From Bacteriovoracaceae bacterium (GTDB taxonomy: Bacteria > Bdellovibrionota > Bacteriovoracia > Bacteriovoracales > Bacteriovoracaceae), in the NCBI GenBank assembly GCA_048270185.1, contig JBLWTJ010000001.1, positions 1,711,754 through 1,775,753 of the forward strand: a DNA stretch of 64,000 nt. The letters run 5' to 3'. Both the position numbers and the translations under genes were made by a program. Below the pieces are notes generated by a model. The model had not been told where the DNA came from. It made no database searches and saw nothing but the letters and a program-made list of their open reading frames with translations. Positions 1-7,741 of the stretch are shown here, one piece after another. Positions within the stretch are counted from its first letter, which is position 1, and every line of letters starts with the position of its first letter.

Positions 1-74
1 ACATCACTAATATTAGTACGATATAGAACTAAATCTCTCTCAATGAATGGGGAAATAAAGACTTCAAAACGCAC
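1..74 (-). CDS. Partial ORF (5' part only), probable partner of the AAA ATPase
   Basis: GTG at 74-72, 7 nt after the ATPase stop, reads MRFEVFISPFIERDLVLYRTNISD and stays open to the window edge. Confidence 0.45.
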   Translation of the reverse strand, partial: MRFEVFISPFIERDLVLYRTNISD

Positions 75-81
75 AACTAGA

Positions 82-1572
82 TTACACTTCTCCAGCTTCT
101 ATTTTTTCAAGTCGAAGCTTTGTTAGGTCATCTATTAGCTTATCTCTTTCATCCATAAAACCATCAGGAGGATTAATTATATATCCCATGTTGTCGTGTT
201 CAATTTTTCGAGCAACAGCTTTTCCATCAATTCTCTCAACCCATAGCATTTTTACTTCTTCAAATAGTTGAGGATATTTCACATTAAAATATACTAATTT
301 ACTCAATAAGCTTTCACTGTGAGTTTCGATTAGTACAACTTTTCCAAGTAAAGACATCTGCCCAAAAAAGTCAGCTAACTTAGACTGTGCACTTGGATGA
401 AGGTGGATTTCAGGTTCATCAACAATACAAGTTTCAGACCTGTCAGAACTAAGTACTCTGAAAATCACCGGTAAGATTTGACTTAAACCGTATCCCATAT
501 TGTTAATAGAAAGCTCTTTACCATCTAAAACTAATATAATTTCAGAAGTCAAACCTGATGCTATTGATCTGATATCAATCGTTTTTGCAATTTTAAAGAA
601 GTTAACCCAATAATTTAAACTTTCCTCAAGTGTTTGCTGTACGATTTCATTTTTAGAAAAATCAAAATAACTATCTATTTTGTTATTTTTCTTCCTAATA
701 TAATCTTCTAGTGGATTATTAAATCCACCATCTGAATAGATACGATGAGGCTCGCCTCTAAATGGAGGAATGACAATGATTTTGTCTACTTCTATCTCAG
801 GGATAAAATCAACATCAATACTATTATGAAGCTGAACATAGTCTCCAAATTTAGGCTCATTAATCTTTCTTAGATTATTAGCGACTACCCCTTTTTTAGT
901 AAAAGCTTTTTTATATTCTTCACTTAAGCAGTCCTCAAGACTTTCTATATTTAAATCAAAACTAAGAAGCATAAAATTTTTGAATTTTACATTTCTAACG
1001 TCCGAAAACTCAACAACACTACTGAATACACCGCTTGGCCTTACATTTTTTCCAGCTTTTGCTAATAAGTTAGTGATCATGTAATCAATAAACCTTCCCT
1101 CTGAGTAATCAGCAAAATGTACAAACTTTTCTGCTTTTATCTTCCACTCACCTGTTGCAGTATTCATTTCTGCTTCAATTGAATGTTCTGGGCTTGCTCT
1201 ATAAAACATCCTCTTCAGTAAAATATATTCAAAAGTATCTTTACCGTAATCTTCTCTATGTAGGAAAAATGTTAGCTCTGCATAACCTTGGTCAGATTCA
1301 AAAGATAAAAATACTTCCTCATCAGCTATATTGTTTAAAAGTTCCGAAGGCTTACCTATTTCTAAGTAAGGCCCATTCACTTTTAACATCGGGACTTCTG
1401 AGCCTAAATAGTTTTTAGTTTCATTATATGACTGAAGAATTATGAGTATTGCTTGATATACAGAGCTCTTACCTGAACTGTTAACCCCTGACAGTAGAGT
1501 TAGCTTACTCAATTCTATATATTCAATATCTCCGAAAGACTTAAAGTTTTTTATTCCTATTTTTCTTAACAT
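82..1572 (-). CDS. ABC-type AAA ATPase (AAA_15/AAA_21-like, C-terminus DUF3696-like), probable defence-system ATPase
   Basis: N-terminal IKNFKSF, Walker A GVNSSGKSS, signature-like MGYGLSQILP, Walker B/D-loop IVDEPEIHLHP, H-loop IETHSE, C-terminal GYIINPPDGFMD. Confidence 0.85.
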   Translation of the reverse strand: MLRKIGIKNFKSFGDIEYIELSKLTLLSGVNSSGKSSVYQAILIILQSYNETKNYLGSEVPMLKVNGPYLEIGKPSELLNNIADEEVFLSFESDQGYAELTFFLHREDYGKDTFEYILLKRMFYRASPEHSIEAEMNTATGEWKIKAEKFVHFADYSEGRFIDYMITNLLAKAGKNVRPSGVFSSVVEFSDVRNVKFKNFMLLSFDLNIESLEDCLSEEYKKAFTKKGVVANNLRKINEPKFGDYVQLHNSIDVDFIPEIEVDKIIVIPPFRGEPHRIYSDGGFNNPLEDYIRKKNNKIDSYFDFSKNEIVQQTLEESLNYWVNFFKIAKTIDIRSIASGLTSEIILVLDGKELSINNMGYGLSQILPVIFRVLSSDRSETCIVDEPEIHLHPSAQSKLADFFGQMSLLGKVVLIETHSESLLSKLVYFNVKYPQLFEEVKMLWVERIDGKAVARKIEHDNMGYIINPPDGFMDERDKLIDDLTKLRLEKIEAGEV

Positions 1573-1587
1573 TACATGTAGCCCAAT

Positions 1588-1616
1588 AAAAAAAGCCCTT
1601 TATGATAAAGGGCTTT
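1588..1616 (-). terminator. Intrinsic terminator
   Basis: Inverted repeat AAAGCCCTTTAT-G-ATAAAGGGCTTT ending in a 7-U tract on the minus strand. Confidence 0.8.
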
Positions 1617-1653
1617 ATATAATTCTTAATAATTTAGCTTAAATAGTTTATAG

Positions 1654-1770
1654 TTATTCGTCCACTTCGAGATCAGAAAATTCAGTTTCAGAGAATTCAA
1701 GATTTAGCTCACTTAAATCAAAATCAATCTCCATGATGTCAATTTGATCGTAAATAGAGTTCACATTCAT
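1654..1770 (-). CDS. Unannotated 38-aa highly acidic peptide MNVNSIYDQIDIMEIDFDLSELNLEFSETEFSDLEVDE
   Basis: GGAGG Shine-Dalgarno 5 nt before ATG, TAA stop, upstream sigma28-like promoter and downstream terminator; 13 D/E, no K/R/H. Confidence 0.7.
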   Translation of the reverse strand: MNVNSIYDQIDIMEIDFDLSELNLEFSETEFSDLEVDE

Positions 1771-1806
1771 ATATTCCTCCAAGAATTATTATATTAACCA
1801 ATTATC

Positions 1807-1833
1807 TTATCGACATATTGGTAAAAACTTTTA
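1807..1833 (-). promoter_or_regulatory. Sigma28 (FliA)-type promoter
   Basis: TAAA-N15-GTCGATAA on the minus strand versus consensus TAAA-N15-GCCGATAA; 36 nt upstream of the peptide ATG. Confidence 0.65.
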
Positions 1834-1994
1834 GCCATAAATATACACTTTGTAAATATATCTACGCTATACTTATTATAAATTTTACACCATTATATTC
1901 GAATTTCGAAGAAAAACAACTTTGCCTAGAGAAATCTTTATTTAATAAAACTTAATCACTGTTTTAACTATAAGCATAAGTTATTGATATTTAA

Positions 1995-2222
1995 CTAATC
2001 TCGAGTAAATAAGTCAGTAACCTCTACATCAAAGGCTACTGCTAGCCTATAAACAGACGAGAGGGAAGGACTATGGCCACCACTCTCTATTTTCTGATAA
2101 TGCCTATAATTAAAGCCATACTGCACCATGTCCTCTTGTGTAAGACCTCTCGCCCTTCTAAGTTTCTTAATCTTAGAAGCTAATTTATAGATAAATTCTT
2201 CATAATTCTCACATGATGCCAT
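1995..2222 (-). CDS. XRE-family HTH regulator (controller C-protein-like)
   Basis: 75 aa, IKKLRRARGLTQEDM...YQKIESG..SPSLSSVYRLAVAFDV XRE pattern; divergent from the nuclease. Confidence 0.85.
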   Translation of the reverse strand: MASCENYEEFIYKLASKIKKLRRARGLTQEDMVQYGFNYRHYQKIESGGHSPSLSSVYRLAVAFDVEVTDLFTRD

Positions 2223-2255
2223 TCAAATATTATTGAATTCACGTACAAATTACAC

Positions 2256-2289
2256 CACGTACTATATAGTTCGTGTTCAGTGTTATAAT
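2256..2289 (+). promoter_or_regulatory. Palindromic operator plus extended -10 element for the nuclease gene
   Basis: CACGTACTATATAGTTCGTG (20-bp palindrome, one mismatched pair) at 2256-2275; TGTTATAAT at 2281-2289; GAGGTG SD before ATG 2310. Confidence 0.6.
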
Positions 2290-2300
2290 CACCTTAAGAG

Positions 2301-3908
2301 GTGAAATTTATGAAATTTAATAACTATCTTTGGGATTTATATAAAAGCAATTCAAAGTCACTCGAGAATGATAAAGAGCTGCTATTTTCAAATGCGAGCT
2401 TTGAAGATGCGAATATCTACTTTACTTGCTTTGAAGCCGACTCTAACTATGAGCCATTAAGTAAACCAAAAGAAATTGAGTGCCTAGTAGATTTAGTTCG
2501 AGTTATCAAAGATTTTGCAAAAGACGAAGAAGCTACAAGCATAGACGAAGCTGAAGAAATCTTCCGAGTTATTGCAGATGACAGGATTGACCTCTATTCA
2601 GGAGATGACTTCTATCTTCCTGATGAAGATAAAGATAAAAAATATATTAGCTATTTGGGCGGTGGAATCGAGCATGAAAGATTCTATCAAACAGACATAA
2701 TTTCTAATATTGAACATATAACACTAGGGCTACATCAAGCTTATCCGCAGTTCTTTTTTCCATATCTTTTTGTAAGAGAATTCAATCGACTTAATGAACT
2801 GGCCAATTTTTTTGATATCAAACTTCCATCGCTTCCAAAAAAGAGACATAAAAGAGACAGGGCATTCTACTATCTTGAAGTTAATCGAATATTTCAAGAT
2901 CTAAGGGCCAAGCTAAAATTATCACCTACGGAGTTTAATTTCTTTATATATGACTTTGGATTAAAAAACTTAGAATCACTTAACACACATAGTAAAACCA
3001 AAGAAAATTTACCGAATCCTTCTAGGGCATGGCTCATTATTGGATATGGTACAGGTATAGATGCTGAATTTTTAAATAATCTAAATGAAGAAACTGTAAC
3101 ACAATGGCAAGGAAAGATAGAAATGCGTGTAGGTGATATTGTACTTATGTACCAACGTAATCCAAAAAGTAGCCTCCACTCTATTTGGCGAGTTGTTGAA
3201 TCTGGCTTTAATGATCCATACGCATTCCACTATGCTCAAACAAAGATTGGGTATCCAATTGAAATACCAAAGATTACATTTAAAGAAATAAGAGAAAATG
3301 AAATACTAGGCTTAATGCCAATAGTTAAGGCCTCATTTCAGGGTGCGACAGGATCAACATTTTCTCTTAGCGAGTATAATGAAGTATTGAAATTAATTAA
3401 TTCAAAAAATCCAAATATTAGAAACCTACCTCACTTACCAATTGTTGAAGAACTTAAGAATATAGAGATTTCTAACGAGAGAGATGTAGAAATAAACTTA
3501 CTTGAGCCACTTCTTGAAAAGCTTGGTTTCGCGAATAATGAATGGATCAGGCAATTTCCAGTAAGAATGGGAAGAGGTCAAAGAAACTATCCTGACTACG
3601 TTTATGGCGGTGACCCTACTCATGGCGAAGAAACAGCAAAGGCCTTAATTGAATGTAAATATCACATAGATAGAGATGCAACTCTTACAGATACTTTTAA
3701 GCAAGCAAAATCTTACGCTCTGAGACTTAGAGCAAAGCTTTTTGCATTAGCAGACAAGCAAGGTATTTGGATATTCAGATATGTTAATGATGACTTTAAT
3801 CGAGATGTATTTGAATATATGAGCTGGGTTGAACTTCTTCATCATGAAAAACTACATGAGTTATCCTTGTTTATCGGAAAAGAGTTTATTGAGGATCATT
3901 GTCCTTAG
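2301..3908 (+). CDS. EVE/PUA-like domain + HsdR_N-like PD-(D/E)XK nuclease; putative modification-dependent restriction enzyme (likely start ATG 2310)
   Basis: Central AWLII...QWQGKIEMRVGDIVLMYQR...ITFKEIRENEIL EVE-like pattern; C-terminal NERDVE..LLEPLLEKLGF...YPDY...LIECK...QAKSYA. Confidence 0.7.
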   Translation: MKFMKFNNYLWDLYKSNSKSLENDKELLFSNASFEDANIYFTCFEADSNYEPLSKPKEIECLVDLVRVIKDFAKDEEATSIDEAEEIFRVIADDRIDLYSGDDFYLPDEDKDKKYISYLGGGIEHERFYQTDIISNIEHITLGLHQAYPQFFFPYLFVREFNRLNELANFFDIKLPSLPKKRHKRDRAFYYLEVNRIFQDLRAKLKLSPTEFNFFIYDFGLKNLESLNTHSKTKENLPNPSRAWLIIGYGTGIDAEFLNNLNEETVTQWQGKIEMRVGDIVLMYQRNPKSSLHSIWRVVESGFNDPYAFHYAQTKIGYPIEIPKITFKEIRENEILGLMPIVKASFQGATGSTFSLSEYNEVLKLINSKNPNIRNLPHLPIVEELKNIEISNERDVEINLLEPLLEKLGFANNEWIRQFPVRMGRGQRNYPDYVYGGDPTHGEETAKALIECKYHIDRDATLTDTFKQAKSYALRLRAKLFALADKQGIWIFRYVNDDFNRDVFEYMSWVELLHHEKLHELSLFIGKEFIEDHCP

Positions 3909-4395
3909 TATCTACAAAATGAATGACAATTTCATCATTTTCCTCTTCTTCACTAATACTATCGAAAGATGAGCCATCACTCTTATCTCCCCATTTCTCA
4001 GGTGAGCGTCTACTTAATCGGTATGCTGATGCTTTCCAGTCAGGCTTCACAAGATATGAAGATACGACAGGATATCCCAACTCATCTAGTATTGGTTCGC
4101 CATTATCATCTAGCTTATACGACTTAGGTATTCCAAATGCCGCTTGGTTGATAACACCTAAGTGCCTTACTTCATCCTCTGCAATAGCAAGCCGTATCGC
4201 GTCCGATAATTTCACACATCTAGGGTTTGCATCTTCACTTTTAGCATCTCTCAACCAACGATATAAAGTAGACTTACTAACTCCAACCAGTGCCGCGGCT
4301 GTTTCGATAAATGCTCCATGCTTTATTGCTGCATATATTTCAGAAATCAGTTTATCTGTTAGTTTTGGTGATGAGTTCTTAGGGTATCTAGCCAT
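3886..4395 (-). CDS. HTH protein resembling phage terminase small subunit
   Basis: N-terminal HTH (AAALVGVSKSTLYRWL), DWKASAYRLSRRSPEKWG motif, C-terminal hydrophobic strand EIVIHFVD; GGAGA SD. Confidence 0.6.
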   Translation of the reverse strand: MARYPKNSSPKLTDKLISEIYAAIKHGAFIETAAALVGVSKSTLYRWLRDAKSEDANPRCVKLSDAIRLAIAEDEVRHLGVINQAAFGIPKSYKLDDNGEPILDELGYPVVSSYLVKPDWKASAYRLSRRSPEKWGDKSDGSSFDSISEEEENDEIVIHFVDTKDNDPQ

Positions 4396-4508
4396 TTATA
4401 TTCTCCTATATAGAGATTCTAGCAATGAGCCTATTGCCTATAAATACACCATGTGTTTTAACTATTTACGAATATGTATAAGTATCTATAGAAATTGAGA
4501 ATTAAATA

Positions 4509-5102
4509 ATGCAAGAAGAATCATCAATCGATCAAATACCTCGAAAACTACATAAAGAACTCATGCGAGTACATAACACAGCTCTTCTTCTAAGATACGA
4601 CAAAGAAATACTATACCTTGAGAATGAATTGGAAATATCAAACCAGCTTCTAAAGACAATAAATAAGTCTGTTGGTGAAAAGTCTAATGTAAACTTAGGT
4701 AAATCAATAGGAGATAGTCTAATTAGAGGGTCATACCTAAACACTAACTTTAATAAAGTTCAAATTAAAAAGTCTATAGAACAGGATAAAAAAGAACTAA
4801 AATCTGGAATGAAGAACATAAAAGACTATATTGAAAAACTTCACACTGATAAAGAAGTTGGACTCTTTTATCAAGAAATTAAAAACTCTAAGACTAGTAA
4901 GCCAGTTGACTTACTCTGTACAAGAATTATATTCTTACTTTATCAAGAACTTAAAAGTGCAAACAAGGTCCATAGCTATCTTTTAAAACATACTGCTATA
5001 CTTGAAGACTTATCCCCTATTCCTTCAATTAGATCCATTTCTAATCGAGTCAGAAACTATAAGAAAAAGTATCATACATATTTTGAATCAATACACGATT
5101 GA
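4509..5102 (+). CDS. Hypothetical protein
   Basis: 197-aa ORF divergent from the terS-like gene; no recognisable motif. Confidence 0.6.
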   Translation: MQEESSIDQIPRKLHKELMRVHNTALLLRYDKEILYLENELEISNQLLKTINKSVGEKSNVNLGKSIGDSLIRGSYLNTNFNKVQIKKSIEQDKKELKSGMKNIKDYIEKLHTDKEVGLFYQEIKNSKTSKPVDLLCTRIIFLLYQELKSANKVHSYLLKHTAILEDLSPIPSIRSISNRVRNYKKKYHTYFESIHD

Positions 5103-5221
5103 CAATTTTTACACAAAATACTCATCAAACGTGAATATCCACTCTCCTTAATAAAAAGTTACTGTGAATACAGTTTTACATAATCGTAAACAGTAACAAC
5201 TATAAACAGGGAGAATAATCA

Positions 5222-5398
5222 GTGAAATCAAATGACGACTATCTAATGACCACCAAAGAGCTTGCCAAGAAGCTAAGCGTAAAGGTTTCCTATATTAGAT
5301 ATCTGAAGATGAATAATCGAATTCCTTATATCAAAATTGGTAAACTGATACGTTACTCAAGCAAAGAAATAGCCGTATGGCTCAATAACCAAAACTAG
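5222..5398 (+). CDS. Unannotated excisionase-family HTH (HTH_17-like) protein, 58 aa
   Basis: GTG start after GGGAG; MKSNDDYLMTTKELAKKLSVKVSYIRYLKMNNRIPYIKIGKLIRYSSKEIAVWLNNQN has the LMT.KE.A..L.V.....IPYIKIG..IRY....I..WL pattern. Confidence 0.8.
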   Translation: MKSNDDYLMTTKELAKKLSVKVSYIRYLKMNNRIPYIKIGKLIRYSSKEIAVWLNNQN

Positions 5399-5454
5399 AA
5401 ACTAAACAACATGCAAAAAAGAACAATGCTCGAATTTCGAGTAAAGGAGTCACT

Positions 5455-6402
5455 ATGTCAATTTCTCTAAAAAATATAAGAGAAAACAAAAAACAATCTG
5501 AAGATACAGTACTTCCCTTATTAAGTGGGAAAGTAGAATCAATTTGTATAAATCCAAGTGAAATTAATACAGGAATAGATAGAATAGAAGGAAACCTAAC
5601 CCATCTCAGTATAGCCGACATTAGAAAGCTTAGAGAAGTAGACAAGTGCCCTGTAGAGAAGCATATCAAAGGCCTAGGCTACATACGTTCGTTTAAATTA
5701 AAGTTAATCACACTTAATCTCTGCTATATGAAACAGACACATATATTGCCATATAAGTTTTACTTTAATCTTAATCACTCAAATGACATAAATATACAGT
5801 TACAAGATTTAATCAACCACTTCAAAACAGCCCTAGATAAATCAAGAATTGTTAGAGTCGACTTGAATGCTGACTTTAAGTCGTCAATTCAAAACATGTT
5901 AATTAACCTACAGGTGAAAAATAAACAGATGTCAAAAGAATATAGGTGCACGCATAACAATATTGAAGGTAAATCTTGGGGAAAAGATGATGAAATCATA
6001 AGAATATATACATATGAAAATAATGAAGATGAGCCTATTACTCGTCTTGAAGTTCAAATCAGGAATAAGAAGCTCCCAAGAGATAGAAGTTTTTCAAATA
6101 TACTTAAGTGGTTAAAGACTAATACTTTCTTTGAATCCATACAATTTTGGAACATCAATGGAATCAACAGTACTCCATTTAAAAAAATTAAACAGCTTGA
6201 TTTTTATAGGTACTACGTAAAGTTTTTTAATCTTATAAATCTACAAACACTTGGTTTTACAGAAGCAAGAAGTAGGTCAAAAGAACCAAAGAACTTCATG
6301 AGGAGTCTTCGGAGACACTTAAAAATAGAAAAATCTGACATCTCATTAATGAAAATATTTCGCCATCAGGTGACAAGTCAGCTGGGATCAAAGTATGAAT
6401 AA
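5455..6402 (+). CDS. Putative Rep_trans-like rolling-circle replication initiator/relaxase
   Basis: RIVRVDLNADF, WGKDDEIIRIY and TRLEVQIR match Rep_trans-type motifs (R.D.a.D; G....rIY; R.E.q); AAGGAG SD. Confidence 0.6.
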   Translation: MSISLKNIRENKKQSEDTVLPLLSGKVESICINPSEINTGIDRIEGNLTHLSIADIRKLREVDKCPVEKHIKGLGYIRSFKLKLITLNLCYMKQTHILPYKFYFNLNHSNDINIQLQDLINHFKTALDKSRIVRVDLNADFKSSIQNMLINLQVKNKQMSKEYRCTHNNIEGKSWGKDDEIIRIYTYENNEDEPITRLEVQIRNKKLPRDRSFSNILKWLKTNTFFESIQFWNINGINSTPFKKIKQLDFYRYYVKFFNLINLQTLGFTEARSRSKEPKNFMRSLRRHLKIEKSDISLMKIFRHQVTSQLGSKYE

Positions 6403-6583
6403 TCAGCTCTTTAACAAACGAATATGGAAAATAAAAGATGTAGCTGAGTATCTACAATGTTCAGTAGGAACTATCTACAACAAGACGAGTAAAGGTGAAA
6501 TACCATTCTTTAAGAAAGGAAAATCTTTATACTTTTCCCCAGAAGAAATTGAAAACTGGGTACAGGAGGGAAACCTTGAATAA
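6395..6583 (+). CDS. Excisionase-family HTH protein (recombination directionality factor)
   Basis: WKIKDVAEYLQCSVGTIYNKTSKGEIPFFKKGKSLYFSPEEIENWV; overlaps the rep stop and the integrase start. Confidence 0.85.
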   Translation: MNNQLFNKRIWKIKDVAEYLQCSVGTIYNKTSKGEIPFFKKGKSLYFSPEEIENWVQEGNLE

Positions 6584-7724
6584 GTATAAAAAACTCAAAC
6601 ATCATACTGGAATTAGAAAAGTATTATCTAGCGGTAACTATGAAGCTTCAAAAAAGATTAAAGGAAAGACTTACTCTCAAACCTTTAAGACTATAAGACA
6701 AGCTCAGCACTGGAGAAACACTTATAACCCTTTCTTAAGCTTTACACCTGAGACTAACGGCATGAAGTTCAAGGAGCTATGGGAAAAATATGAGGAAGCC
6801 TACTTCCCAGAAATTGAAAAATCATCGCAAGGAATCAAGAAACAAAGGATTAAAGTTTTCAAACACCATTTAGATGATATCTCTGTATATGAAGTAACTC
6901 CTGAGTATATAGATCATATAGTTAAGCTAGAGAAAAAACTTGCTATCAGTAACCCAAATAGTAAAAGGTGTAACTTCAAAAGTAGTCTAGATGAAGTTAA
7001 GGCTGCATTTAACTGGTATCGTGAAAACTATGACTATCAATTCCATAGTCCAGTATTAAAAAGGCATTACACTATTGGAATTATCAGAAAAACTGAGAAA
7101 AGAGAGAGAATCTTAACTAAGGATCAAGTTGTTAGATTCTTTAAAGCGATAGACAATCCTTTATTTCAAGATTTTGCAATTATTCAATTCTTTTGTGCTT
7201 CGCGATTTGGAGAAGTAGCAGGAATACAAATAAAAAACATAGACTTTGAAACAGATTCTCTATTAATAAAGGAAGTTGTAGTTGAAGATCAAAGTAAAAA
7301 GTTTCTAGAACTAAAACCATACCCTAAAAATGGGCACGCTAGAGTTGTAGCAATTACTTCAGCTATTTTCAAAGCTGCTATTCAGAGAAGAATGGCTGAT
7401 AGAGTAAAAGGATCAAACTACTTAATACATAGAAATGGCAATCCCATGAGCTATCGTTCAGTTCAATTCCAATATAACAAAGCTTTAAAAAAGGCTGGAT
7501 TACACCCAGAGTTTAGCTCTACACATATCTTAAGATATTCAATGGCTTCAGAGTCAAGACGTATAATGGGCTCTCTAGATGCTGCACAGGCTATTACTGG
7601 CCACAAGTCGATTAAGATGATTGAACACTATGCAAGAGTACCAACTATGCTTCAAGGTGAGACTATTTCTAAAGTGAGTTTTGAAATTGAAAATACTTGG
7701 AAAAGCATACAAAAGCCTAATTAA
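6576..7724 (+). CDS. Tyrosine recombinase/integrase (likely start TTG 6576, not 6495)
   Basis: Catalytic R (ASRFGEV), K (PKNG), HILR, GH, HY; AGGAGG SD upstream of in-frame TTG 6576, which overlaps the xis 3' end. Confidence 0.92.
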   Translation: MNKYKKLKHHTGIRKVLSSGNYEASKKIKGKTYSQTFKTIRQAQHWRNTYNPFLSFTPETNGMKFKELWEKYEEAYFPEIEKSSQGIKKQRIKVFKHHLDDISVYEVTPEYIDHIVKLEKKLAISNPNSKRCNFKSSLDEVKAAFNWYRENYDYQFHSPVLKRHYTIGIIRKTEKRERILTKDQVVRFFKAIDNPLFQDFAIIQFFCASRFGEVAGIQIKNIDFETDSLLIKEVVVEDQSKKFLELKPYPKNGHARVVAITSAIFKAAIQRRMADRVKGSNYLIHRNGNPMSYRSVQFQYNKALKKAGLHPEFSSTHILRYSMASESRRIMGSLDAAQAITGHKSIKMIEHYARVPTMLQGETISKVSFEIENTWKSIQKPN

Positions 7725-7741
7725 GCTGGGAAAGGCTGGGA
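7725..7741 (+). repeat. Tandem GCTGGGA direct repeats, candidate integrase arm-type sites
   Basis: GCTGGGA at 7725 and 7735 (10-bp period) between the integrase stop and the tRNA. Confidence 0.4.

Noticed and set aside
1977..1989. IHF consensus match (TATCAATAACTTA, minus strand)
   Set aside because: Plausible but degenerate, common in AT-rich DNA, and no adjacent att core; not supportable alone
3923..4498. 191-aa plus-strand ORF
   Set aside because: Antisense shadow of the terS-like gene; Ser-rich, no motif, no SD
6495..6575. ORF-track N-terminal extension of the integrase
   Set aside because: Lies inside xis; AGGAGG SD supports the in-frame TTG at 6576
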